A DNA stretch of 64,000 bases from positions 1,488,001-1,552,000 of the forward strand of contig NW_027271433.1 of the NCBI RefSeq assembly GCF_040938485.1. The letters run 5' to 3'. Under the pieces are notes generated by a model. The model saw only the letters and a list, made by a program, of their open reading frames with translations, did no database searches and had not been told where the DNA came from. This document shows, in pieces, positions 12,152 through 24,273 of this stretch. Positions within the stretch are counted from its first letter, which is position 1; each line of letters begins with the position of its first letter. A program made the translations under genes and the position numbers. This stretch comes from Diadema antillarum (lineage: Eukaryota).

Positions 12152-14509
12152 GTATATCACTAAAAATTGTGTTTTCCTCAAGAACGAGCAACTACATCAT
12201 CTCCACCCTCCCCGTCACCTTTTTTGACAAAACAAAGAGAAAGTTAGAGAAGTTTTGAGCATATACATCAATGGGAGACTTATTGTTGTAGGCAATGGCA
12301 TCAATATTCATCTGATTTGTAAATTGCTGCCACTGTATAATTGCAAAATAAAGACATGTGATATCGTAAAATTCCAAAGCTTTTTGATTGTAATTCGGAT
12401 TGCGATGGAACCTCTGCCATTCTGCTTGTCCGATTTTACTTTTAGTAAACTTATCTGTAAGGAACATTATGGCTAATTATGATAATGATAATAATATGAC
12501 AAATGTATGCTTATGACCAAAATATTTCTAAGCGCTTTACAATTAACAAGAGAAACAAACATAGCTAATAGAAATGGAATTATTGAGGGCTTGAAGCTCA
12601 GTTGTTGTTGCTGGTTTTTTTTCATTTCAGCGAACATAATGAGATTGTATAGATACGAGAACAGCTTTGATATGAAAAGCATGTCTGGTACAGTGATAAG
12701 TTTAAATCTGGAAGAGAATATATGCTGCAGGTAGGAAATGATATCAATGTACTGGACTGTTATTGGAAGACGTAAAACAAAACGGCTAAAGCAAAATTAG
12801 ACCAAAAGAAACGAGCAAGAGCAAAATAACAAAAATTCTTCAATTCAACCAATTTAATAGTATTGCCCACCAACTATAGGGTCATTAAATGTTGGAAAGA
12901 TAATTATATTAGACCCCTTGGCGACGGTGTATTGATATTGCTATACCGGCAAGATGAATGGAAATGATAACCATAATATCTACGATAGTGGGCATATTAA
13001 ACGTGGGGATTACTCGTTTGACGTCAACTGCCTGGCTTCGATCAAATTTTAATTGACCTAGGCCTATCTGTCTTTAAATTTCTCCTTCCGTGCATATTGA
13101 TTTTATGTGCGTTCCCTAACTACATTTTTAAGACTGTTTAATATTATAGTTTTGTATAGTTTCTTGTATTTCTTCAATCTGTTGAGTAAATTAGCAGAGT
13201 AGATTGATATACTTTATGGATTGAAAATGCATATGCTATATATAGGACAGCGCAGCAAAATAACATCAAGGAGTTCTTGCAGTGCATGGTAGGCCATACA
13301 GTTTCTGTGCTCAACAAGTTTAATGGTTCATTGTTCTTGTTACTGTTATTATTAGGAAGACAGATATGTGTTTTGATCGGTACGAGGGACAACAAGGCAA
13401 AGATACTATAGTAATCTTCTCTGCCGCAGGAAAAAAAGAAAAAGGTGAAACGTTTTGAAGTCGCAACACCCTTAAGCCACTGGTCCATCGAGTGCGATGC
13501 ACTCAGCCTGGAATATACCACATGCTGTCATAATACCCATGTGTATACAATGTACATGTATAATGGCATTGTCTTTTGTATGCTACCCGTGCGGTGCGTT
13601 GAGTAACGGAATATAGACAGTGTAGTGTGTCTACTCTCCCGAATAGACGACTCATTTGACTATTGTATGAAGCGAGCCACTGACTTGTATTTCCACCACT
13701 GTTACCTGTGGAATGAATGCCGTGTATCGGGTAAGTCTGGCATAAATTTGCTGCCTCGTTTTATCTACATGATAATGTCAGGAGTACTAGTATTACAAAC
13801 ATGCATATCACGGTAAACGCCGATTCTAGTATCTTCTGGGCCGTGTTTCTACTGCACCTGCCACCCCGGGAATCCCCAGAACGGGGACGGGCAGGGCTCG
13901 TTCATCGTGATCAAGATGATTTTTTTTTACTGTAGCCCCCTTTAGTAGTAATAGTCGGCCGTAGGTACAGGTGATGGTGTGTTGTACCTGGGTAGTATAT
14001 GCAGCTTAAACACAGTAGCTCCATGCTATAACCAAACAATCGGAAACAGTGTCAAGAAAACTGAAGTGACATACATGTACAGTAGTCATTCCACCATGCC
14101 ATGGCAGCTAGTAGTGGATTGCAAATATCTCAGTAGTCCACATAGTTTCATACGTCCAGTAGTCTTGTTTACTGAAGGCTTTAAATAGTGTGATGCCTTA
14201 TCATGTATTGACCATTACGCAGGTCGCGTCGAAGTACAGCACAAATTTGATCCCATTTTGCAGAGGAATAACTGTGCTGCTGTGCAGTATACAGTAACAC
14301 CGTATCGTATTACTACTCTATTGTTAGTCGTTATTCACCACTTCCATGCTGCTGCTTTGCTTTGCATACGGTACTGTATGCACTGTAATCGTACCGTAGT
14401 CTTGGACTGCCGAATTGTTCGATTCCGCGGTTTCGTCAACATGGCAGTAGATCTAGTCTCAGTTCCAGTCCAACTATCTCTTTTCTCTCCCTCCCTTCCC
14501 CTCTGGCAC

Positions 14510-14917
14510 GGTTACAATTCGTTATTCCGAAGGTTCGTTATTCCGAACATTCGTTATTCCGAAGGTTCTTTAATCCGAAAATGAAACAAAGCTCGTTATT
14601 CCAAAGGTTCGTTACGGACCCTATTTCATTTTCGGATCAACGAACCTTCGGAATAACGAACCCTATTTCATTTTCGGATTAACGAACCATTGGAATAACG
14701 AACCCTATTTCATTTCCGGATAAGCGAGCCTTCAGAATAGCGAATCCTATTTCATTTTCGGATTAACGAGCCTTCAGAATAACGCCACAAATGTTCGGAT
14801 TAACGCCACAAATGTTCGGATTAACGAACCCTTTTTCATTTTCGGATTAACGAACCTCTAGGTATAGGGAATTTGTGTGTTTCGGATTAACGAACCTTCG
14901 GAATAACGAACAGCACC
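14510..14917. mobile_element. MULE/Mutator-type MITE with 9-bp TSD and subterminal tandem repeats
   Basis: Direct repeat CTCTGGCAC at 14501-14509 and 14918-14926. Both termini begin GGT. The interior is built from TTCGTTATTCCGAAGG / TTCGGATTAACGAACC units in opposite orientation. Confidence 0.75.
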
Positions 14918-15713
14918 CTCTGGCACACATTCAACACATTCACCTCATGAGTATCTTCTCCTTCCCTTTACCACAATCACTCAACTTCTTTTAGTTGGTA
15001 TACGTATGGTCTCCTCAGTGAGATTTCCTTTGTAGCTTTTTCTCTCATTTATAGTCCTTTTCTTGTGCGTTCTCTAGTCTTTAATTTTACTCTTCCATTC
15101 GAGCTGTTGAGTTATCATTGTAATAAAAGGCATGCCATGATGTACCTTTCTTTCTCAGGCTTTTCAATGTTTCATCCCTGCATTTCAGTTATATTGCTCA
15201 TTATCTCATTTTGCTTTATGCAGCTAAATTACCAGAGACATTATCAGAGATCTTTCTTTTCCTTTTTTTTAATCAATCTTTTATTAAAAGCAACTAAATG
15301 CTCTTTTTGAGTTCTCGTACATGCTAAACTATATGGTAAAACATGTTTGCATCATGCCACGGAAAAAGCATTTGTTAAACTAATGGTACATTTCGTTATT
15401 TTCCGAGATGGTGGTGGGATAGATATTTCCTGTAGATGCCTAGGAGGCTTAAACTTAGCAAGAAGAACATTTTGCTGTGAAATGCTTCAATTTTGAAATA
15501 TGAAACCAGCCATTCAAAAAAAAAAAAACCTAACTTCGTAAAACAAATGTTGTAAATCTCACTATCGTTATTCATTAATTGTGCAATGTGAATCTTGGTC
15601 TTTTTTTTACCTGTCGACAGGAATCGTCAGCGGTCTAGCTTCATTCCTCATGTACATCTCACTGAGTCGAGAAACTTTATGAATTTACAGAGAAAAAGCA
15701 TCAAAGTCTGACC

Positions 15714-15940
15714 ATGGCTGACGAAGAGTGGAAAGTGAGGAAAGTGAGGGCGCTTCACACGATGAAGGATCAGGCCGAAGTGAAGCAGGTGTACGATGAA
15801 TTTGCCAGTTACTATGACGAGGTAATCGACTATATAGCTTGATATGGGTTTTTAGAAATGAAATGTTATGAATATTTTATTGGTAGTGGAAGGTTTTCAT
15901 ATTATTATTTTTTTACGGCGTTCTTCTTCTACTGATTCGT

Positions 15941-15995
<55 letters not shown>

Positions 15996-18900
15996 CAAGT
16001 TCTGCGCACTACTTGAAGGGGAATGAACAGCAATGTTACAGTAATAGAACACATCAGGGAAATACTGATGGAAATCAGACAATCCGTTGCTGGATGAGTA
16101 GACTGCTTCTGTTCGTAGTGTCACATGATTATGGAAACTTATGAAGAAAGTTCAACATATTTTAGATTTTCTTGCATAACAAATTAAAAAAAAACACACT
16201 CTTGACCTACCTCATTCTTTTACGGAAGGGAGGGGAATACTGGTGGCAATACAACATGTCACACATTCTGACAACGAAACAAATCACCACCACCATGATA
16301 GACTTCAAGTAACAAGAAATCTTTATTCTTCCCTCGCCCCAAGCGCCATCATCCCAGTCTCGATCCAAGTTTTCCCCAACGTGGGCCGAACCGGCCACAC
16401 CTATCTTGTACAAATGCATATTCATGACAATTCAGAAAGCAGGGGGAATAATATTACCCTTATCATAATATCAGTACAGTCAAGAGAATGTGAACTGTTC
16501 ATAAGAATGTGGAATTCTCTTGATATTTTCTTTATATTGTTGCCCATGCATGGCATCACGAACTGCAGTAGTCTTCTCATCCAGCGATGGCGGCACCGAA
16601 ACTATAAAAATTCATAATCATCTTTTGAACGGATTGTCTAATTTTTCTGGAACTTACATGAATGTGTAGGGCCTACTGATATTTCTGCATTCACTCAATC
16701 TACATGTATACAATCGTTATGTATTTGGATTTGATTTCACTTTTAAGTATGCAATGTGTGCCTCACTTATCAGAGAATCCAGTGCTTGCTGGTGGAAATT
16801 TACGAGTTGCGATATCAAGATTTTGCCAAATATCAATAATTTCCAGGCATTTCACTACACCTCAAAAAGTGTTTGTTTTTAATGATTAAGCCGGTGCGTG
16901 TCACCCTTACAACTCTTGCTATTATGCCTTGAGACATTACCCATTGTAAAAGTGGTTGAAATACCTAAATTGTGTCCATGCTTGCTTGATATATCATTTT
17001 CATTGAGTTTGACGGAAAAGTATAGCTCACAGAATTACAAGTTCGGTCTTCCAGTCTAAAAATATGCAATGACATGAATACATCACCATCAAACATAGAC
17101 TATTAATTGTGCGGTTTCCTGCCACCAAATCCGAGTATAGTGATAAATTACGTATTTGTTACCTGCATAAATTATGCAGATTAGGAGAATTCATTCAAAC
17201 ATTTGAATAAAAAGAGATATTATAGATTACCAAAAATGAGTCATTTTCCGTATATTTGAAGTGAAATACTGTATTCTGTTCGTTGATTTTCAATGCATTT
17301 CGTTTCATTTGAATTTCACTTTTATTTTTTCACACGTTGTGGATCTCAACTCGCTTGTGCAGCACGTACTCTCCCTGCACTATGTGGGACCTGCCTTCAC
17401 AGCAGAAGTTGTAGCCAAGATGGAACCCAACCAGGATGCACGGATACTCGACGTAGGCTGTGGCACCGGACTTGTGGGAGATGGGGTATGAAAATTTACC
17501 CGTTTTACTCACATGGGTAATATCAATTATCTTTTCATGGCCATACACCTGTCTGTATCATTAAATTTTCGACTTATTTGATCGAAGCACTGCACCAAGA
17601 ATGAATGGATACAAAAAAAAATAACGAAATTGAGAAAGCGGAACAATCACAGTTTCTTGAAGGTCAGCAGAAAATAATTACAAAAAAAAGTTTTACAGAG
17701 TGTATAGCTTTATATCTTCTTATGAAACGTAATAAGTCCATTTTGTTTAAAAGTGAGACATTAACTAATAATAACTTTATTGTATGTGAACTCGAACACT
17801 TGCACAGTACATAATATTACGTCCACAAATTGCCTCAATATTTACAGATCTTCCCTTTCTCTCCTTTGATATACAGCTGCACAAGGCAGGCTACAGGAAT
17901 ATGTATGGTGTAGATCTATCAAGTGAAAGCCTTGATGTCCTCCGAAAGAAAGGAACGTACTGTAACCTAGCAGAAGCCAGCTTTGGTCCCCTCAACTCTC
18001 TTAATTTTACAGATGGTAAGTTATCCAAGTGATCAGAATCGAAGTTAAAGGGATGGTACTGTATAACAAATGTTGGTGGATATGAAGATTGAGCTTTTAA
18101 CTTTTTGAAAAGAAGCCTCTGCTCATGACATGTTACATAGTTGTTTGTTTGGTTTTTTTTTTTGGTGGTGGTAATATCTCAGTCATTTCACAACCAATTT
18201 TTATCAAATAAACGTTGGATTTCTCTTGGAATTACATGCTCTTTCATATTTCATGGGAGGTTTCTCATTATCTCATTAAAAAAAAAGTTAGAAACCTATG
18301 AAAGCCAGGTCTTAACCAAAACTTTATACATATACCACTATCCCTTTAAGTGTAGCCTAGAACAAAGGTACTGTTTACCATTGGGAGAAGTGATTCAAAA
18401 TATGTTCGAGTTATCACATTTGATGCATTTGTGTAGGTCAGTTGTACCACAGAAAACCATTATAAAACTTTGGCAATAAAGCCTAAAATATACATGTATT
18501 TCTTGTTAACATTGTTTGTTACCTTATGAACAGGTTACTTTGATGTAGCAATGAGCTGCGGCTCTTTTCTTCCAACACATCTTAATGAGAAGTGCCTTCC
18601 AGAAATGATACGACTCGTCAAGTCAGGTAAGTGATTATCATTATTTTACATCTCAGTCTCAGCCCCTTGTCTGTTGGTTTGTCTCAGTTGGTTTGCTCAT
18701 GGCTGTATGTACATCATTCTGTATAATTATCATGGCTGAAAATTAATTAACCAACCCTTATCAGAATTGAAATTCATCTCCTGTACGACTGTACCCCAAA
18801 GTGTAGTCGTAAACTGTACTTCCTAACTTTAATATTCAATTATTGAATTGAACTTATTTCTCATATTTCACAACAACCACAAAATACCAGTAAATAAATA

Positions 18901-20222
18901 CCAGTAAATATCATAAAATGACCGGGACACTGGACAAAAATGATATACAAATCAACAGATAACGATTGAAAATATAGAAATGTAAAGCTACAAAAGTAAA
19001 TGTAATGATATAAGATCACGCTAGAAAACTCAAGGCTATTTTTAAGTACACGACGGAACCAAGGCTAGATCCATTTCAAATGAGAGTGTGAAATATAACC
19101 AGTGGCGTATCTAGGGGGGGGGGGGGGGCAGCAAGGGGGCACGTGCCCCGGGCGCCACTTCCTTGTGGGCGCCAAAAACGAAAAAAACGAAAAAAACAAA
19201 CAAACAAACAAGAAGAAGAAGAAGAAGAAGAAGAAAAAAAAAAAAAAAAACCCTCGCCCGGACCGGGGGGGGGGGGGGGGGGGGCAGTAAACCAAATCAA
19301 ACATGATTATAAACAAAACATGATGATGACGCGGACAAAATGACAATGACTTATTGTTACTGTGTTTACACAAGAATCCAATGTTACACGGAGCAGCGGC
19401 TGCAATTTCTTTCGTTCTGAAGCGATCGCCGATTGGATCAAAAGAGGGCGCCAACGGTTTCGAACATGGGGGGGGGGGGGGAGGGCGCAAAAAACCCCAA
19501 ATCAAACAAGATAAGAACAAAACGTAATGATGACACGGAAATATACAAATTTCGGCTCACTCGCTCGTATTGATTTAGAGTATTTTTTCAAGTCCTCAGT
19601 TTGTTGGTATAAATCGCTATCTATAAGGCCGTCACTATAATAATCTTGATTAGAATTGTAAGATTTAATAAGCAAAAAAATGACAAGAATTTCATGTTTT
19701 GTAAGCTGAAATACAAAAATTTTCGGCTCGCTCGCTGCGCTCGCTCGCCAAAATTTATCAAAATTTATTACATTTAAATCACCCTCAAAAGACCCCTTTT
19801 AAGTGCTTGAAAAAGGATATCATGTGGACTTTTTTTAAAGTCCCTACCGGGATGGGGTTGGGGTTGAACACTTTTCAGAAATTAGGGCCGCAATTTTCGC
19901 GCTTGCCCCGGGCGCCGTTTTCCCTAGATACGCCACTGGACAAAACCAACAATAAAGAATGATGCTTGTAAGTATAGGCGTCTCCTGTTGTGATGATGGC
20001 CTGGCTTAGTGCTGATGTTTTATCGTTACAGGTGGGTTCATCATCATCACGACCCGGAAGTACATCTTTGATGGGGAGACGGGTGACATGAAACTGAAGC
20101 CAGGGCTCGCTAAGCTCGTTGAGGACGGACTCATTGAGAAAGTGCGGCACGAAGAGTCGTTGTACGAGAAAGATGGTGATGATCACGTGGTCGGCATAAC
20201 CCTTATATACAGGGTAGTGTAG
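15714..20222 (+). CDS. METTL27: METTL27/WBSCR27-like class I SAM-dependent methyltransferase, copy 1 (MT1), 217 aa, 5 coding exons
   Basis: Exons 15714-15821, 17363-17485, 17877-18015, 18534-18626, 20032-20222. All introns are GT-AG with compatible phases 0,0,1,1; 654 nt, open to TAG. Protein begins MADEEWKVRKVRALHTMKDQAEVKQVYDEFASYYDE|HVLSLHYVGP, has motif I ILDVGCGTGLVG and motif II YGVDLS, and ends GITLIYRVV. The pattern resembles METTL27 (VRAAH..D...FYD.WA..YD, ILDVACGTGLV, LHGVDGS) as I recall it; not database-checked. AATAAA at 20253-20258. Confidence 0.9.
18049..18345. mobile_element. TTAA-flanked (Kolobok-like) MITE in MT1 intron 3
   Basis: TTAA|AGGGATGGTA ... TACCACTATCCCT|TTAA; purine termini and TTAA on both flanks. 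Confidence 0.65.
19100..19938. mobile_element. MITE with CAGTGGCGTATCTAGGG TIRs in MT1 intron 4
   Basis: Perfect 17-bp TIR (19100-19116; reverse complement at 19922-19938), poly-G tracts and the GCTCGCTCGCTGCGCTCGC motif. No clean TSD. Absent from intron 4 of MT2 and MT3. Confidence 0.75.
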
Positions 20223-21520
20223 TGCCATATCTCAGTAGATTTACTCATCGTTAATAAACCTTTTATTTTAGTTTCTTGGTGACAGTGCGGCCAGAGCTAA
20301 AACACTCACGAAATTCGAGTCGACCTTAAAGAGTAGCATCAAATCAAACAAGCAGATCAGTGAGACTTTCAACAAAATGGAAGAAGAAAAATGAAGATAA
20401 TGTAAGATTTCGTTTATGACATGTTTTCCACAGCAAGATTATGCAGACTTAATGATGTGACATTTCTCCAATCATTTTGATGAGAATGCTGTATGAGTGA
20501 TGAGTTAGCTACTCGTAGCATCCCTGCAGAATTTGTCGTTGTAAAATCGCTAGGTCTCGAAGTGATATTATGAGATATACCTCTTCTTGAATACCTATAT
20601 AGTGAATTTTTGCGCAGGATCGCTATTTCTTCTTGCTGTTGATTAATGCAGATTTTACAAGTGTACATGACGTTACAAAGTTTGTCCATATACACTTTAC
20701 AATGTATTACCTTCAGCCAACGTGCACTCGGCTGTCCCTATAGCTGAATCCAAATTCAACGTGTGATATCAAAATTAAAAATCATGTTGCAAACAAGTCA
20801 GAGGGATTTTCCCCCTCTCGATGTTAAAAAATATTTTTCCATGTACCATGAAAATAATTGTGTATACTACGAATTTAATTTGTGATATCGAGGTGACGAT
20901 AATATCCCATCAGTATGGAGGGAAATGAATTGGTACGGGCCTTCAGCGAGCAGAGTATTAGTATTGTGTAAAACGCCAGTTTAGATTCAAATTGATGTAC
21001 ACAAACAATGTGACCAAATGAATCTCTGAGGTCGAAACCCCCTCTACAGTGTACCAACAAAACCCACTGTAGGATGTGCATGTGACATTGCCAAGAATTA
21101 ATTCTATGGGATACCGCAGGGTCGTGTGATATACTAATCACAAGTGTATTGTATTATTGTAAAGAAAATAAAATCATCAATTCCAATATTTTGTGTATTC
21201 TGCGTGGAAATGAATTTGTTTAGTGGGGTATTGTGATGATGGATTGGAGATGCCCATATTGCCGTATGGATGTAGATATTTGGTTAGCTTTTATTGAATC
21301 TGATTTAAATAATAGGTGTTCGGGGGTGGGGGTTAATTACAATACATTGGGTGATATTAAGTTTGATGCTGGTACTGGTGCTGTCTCTCAACCATTGCGT
21401 TAAATCGAGCTCCAACGGTATTCACGCAAGCGTGACTTCAGAAGTACATGCAGTTATCTTCAAAGCACCACCCCCGGGTTCGTGCTTGAATTACAAGGGG
21501 GAAAGAGTGATTAGGATTAA

Positions 21521-21925
21521 AGGGATCGTGTAGTATTGGTTGACATCTAACTTCAGGTTTCTATCAATTTTTGGTGAGATAATGAGAAACTTCCTATACA
21601 ATGTGAAAGAGCTTGTAAAAATTGTAATTCCAAGAGGAATTCAACATTTATTTGATGAAAATTGGTTTTGAAATGGCTGAGATATCAAAAATAGAGAGAT
21701 CTTGGGACCCACTTTTTACTTTGTTTTTGGATGTCTCAGCCATTCCAAACCAGATTTTCATCAAATAAATTTTGAATTCCTCTTAAAATGGTATGCTCTC
21801 TACTACGTGTATTTCATAAGTGTTTTTTTTTTTAAATAATTTTTTTTGTGTTGTTTTTTTAGGTATCTCGCAAAAAGTTAGAAGTCCAATTCTCTTCTCC
21901 ACCATTACTATACCATAATTTTAGG
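21521..21925. mobile_element. TTAA/Kolobok-like MITE, related to the copy starting at 63714
   Basis: Starts TTAA|AGGGATCG and shares GTGAGATAAT..GAAAC, AAGAGGAATTCAA and AAATGGCTGAGATATC with 63714-64000. Right end is approximate. Confidence 0.55.
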
Positions 21926-22604
21926 GGATTAAAATGCCACAAATTTCCGGGAATTGAACCCAGTGTGAAAACCAATATTTTGTACTTTCATGATTAAATA
22001 TTTCAACTGAGTGAATAAGGCACCTCAACAATATACATGTACATGTATTTCTTATTAGATGCTGTCACGCGTTCTGAAAAGGTTGATGTAAACATTCTAT
22101 GAGACATAAATGGAATGTCTTAGTAAAGACTGCTATAACAGTGTATTGTGACGGCCAATTTTGGATACCATTATGGCTGATTTGACAAAATACGCTCAAC
22201 TGAAATGTATTTAGAAAGACAAATTATTGTTCCACGCTGGGTTTAGTCTCTCGAAGCAGTTTACGGATCATAGCGCAATTTTTTCTCCACTTAAAGGGAA
22301 ATATGTTGGACTTTAAAATTCTGGCGGCCTGATTTTGCCTATCTGACTGAAGAACGAATGACCTGAATTCATTATCTATACCCCTTTTTAGGTGCTACAC
22401 AACCTTTGACTTGATATATTCATATATACGTCTGACACAATGATCATCAAAATTTGGTGTTTATTGTAAAGCTAAGAAAACAACGCTGTGATCGATAGCT
22501 TTATTTTCGTTATAATGTCAGTCTGATTTGTATACCGACACATTATTTTGCAAAACATCTTTTTATTTTTCAAATTCATGAAATTCTTCAGTCGAGATGC
22601 TTTC

Positions 22605-22913
22605 ATTGCAACTGATTGACAATTTGCCCTGCATCGACGTAAATAAGCACTGAATTGATACAAAAATCATGGGCGTACATACTCGAGCGGGATTCGAACC
22701 CACGACCACCTGACCACCCACCGGACAGGCGTCATCTCCACTAGATCACCGAGCTTTCGCCCGACAGCAAGTGTTGGTTCTAATCCTGATAGCATGCAGC
22801 GGGTACTGCGTAATTATTCAAATTCATGATTTTTATCATGGCTACTACTAAAACACTGATCAATTCAGTGCTTATTTACGTCGATGCAGGGCAATTTGTC
22901 AATCAGTTGCAAT
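22605..22913. mobile_element. tRNA-core element with 55-bp inverted arms (SINE/MITE-like)
   Basis: Arms 22605-22659 and 22859-22913 are reverse complements with 1 mismatch. The - strand core 22681-22754 has an A-box-like TGATCTAGTGG, B-box GGTTCGAATCC, and acceptor- and T-stem pairing, but an abnormal anticodon loop. A related remnant lies at 26538-26670. Confidence 0.7.
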
Positions 22914-23765
22914 CTTTTGATTGATTGTGAATCAAATTTATAAGGGCTGGAAAGCACCGCTCTAATCAAAAGCTATATCTGTAATAACGGTGTATCGTAA
23001 ATCAGCACCCAATTTATCGTTAGCCAGGTATTTCGGTGCTAAGAGCTGACACCGGTAATAAAAATCAGTAGAGATGCAATCTTGCAAAAGTTTCAGACAT
23101 GTAAGAAATATGATTTTTTTTGTTGTTGTTGTTGCAATTCAAAATTATTACAAAATCACACCTTAGTCATGTATATACCAGCAGTGTGTGGTTGAAAATG
23201 ACAACTTCAAGCATTGCCAAGTTTTTCAACAGTTCCCTTGAAAAGCAAACGCATCCTCTCGATAACAGTTACAGCAATCCTTGTGTCAGTCAGACGTGGT
23301 CAGAGAAGCTGAAATAGGCCTAAGAAGAAATAAATTGCGGTAATTACAACAAAACATGAGATTAACTTCACTTTTACACATGTAATTAGCAACTCTATTG
23401 GTTATAGCAAGTTCTGTTGCAATTTCAGCAAAATGACAGGCACCTGAATGTCACGGATCCAGTTTGCTCATTTTCATCTCTCTGCTCAATAAAAACCAAG
23501 TTTTGGTGTACTTCAGCAAAATATTTTTCAGACGCTCATGATGCATTAAAAGAAAAATAGCTGCAGGTATTTCCCCGGTATTTCCCCGCAGACAAAATTT
23601 TGAGAACATAAATGCTCCAGCGTAGATTTTAAGACCTAATTGTGCTTAAAACTTTGTAGACACCAATATATTTTGATGATCTGCAGCTACTGCCATTTCT
23701 CAAAGAATGGCATCTATCTGATATGGCAAGAATTGTTGAACTTGTCCATAATAGTACATGTATGA

Positions 23766-23768
<3 letters not shown>

Positions 23769-23820
<52 letters not shown>
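23769..23820. repeat. (GT)n microsatellite
   Basis: Direct reading. Confidence 0.95.
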
Positions 23821-23821
<1 letters not shown>

Positions 23822-24273
23822 TACATAATTATGTGTGTGTTTGTTTGTGTCTGCTGCTCTATTGATGAGAACATTATCATTGACTTGAACGAGCACAGTG
23901 TACCTGCACATGGCTGCATTGATTCAATGGTTTCATCAAAAACCTCTTTGTGCGTCTCTATTTCGTATTATGTTAGTGCTTCTCTTGGTACAAAAGAATT
24001 TTTATTTGCATAGTCAGGCACTCTCAGTCACGCGAAACATACATTTTGCAGCGTCGTAAACGTGGAACTAATGATCGAAATCCCTTACCCCGAAGCCAGA
24101 AACCATGAAGTTCGCACTAAGCATTATAACTTTGCCTGTCTGTTTGTGAGGGCAGCAGTCTTGGCTCATGTACATAATTATACCTCACGCACGTCTTACC
24201 TAGTCGAGATTCTTCATAAGTTTGCACATAGGCCTACAGAAAAAAAAAGAAGAAAAAGCTTCAAAGACTGACC

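Noticed and set aside
14521-14912. CRISPR-like repeat array
   Set aside because: Eukaryotic context, no unique spacers, and units inverted between the two halves; it is a MITE subterminal array.
19875-20228. - strand ORFs MALHYPVY.../MALQY... at 19875, 28099 and 42216
   Set aside because: Antisense shadows of MT exon 5; their similarity simply reflects the sense-strand paralogy.
22681-22754. Possible genuine tRNA gene on the - strand
   Set aside because: The anticodon arm has a loop of about 13 nt, and the sequence is embedded in a repeated element with a second copy; treated as tRNA-derived.
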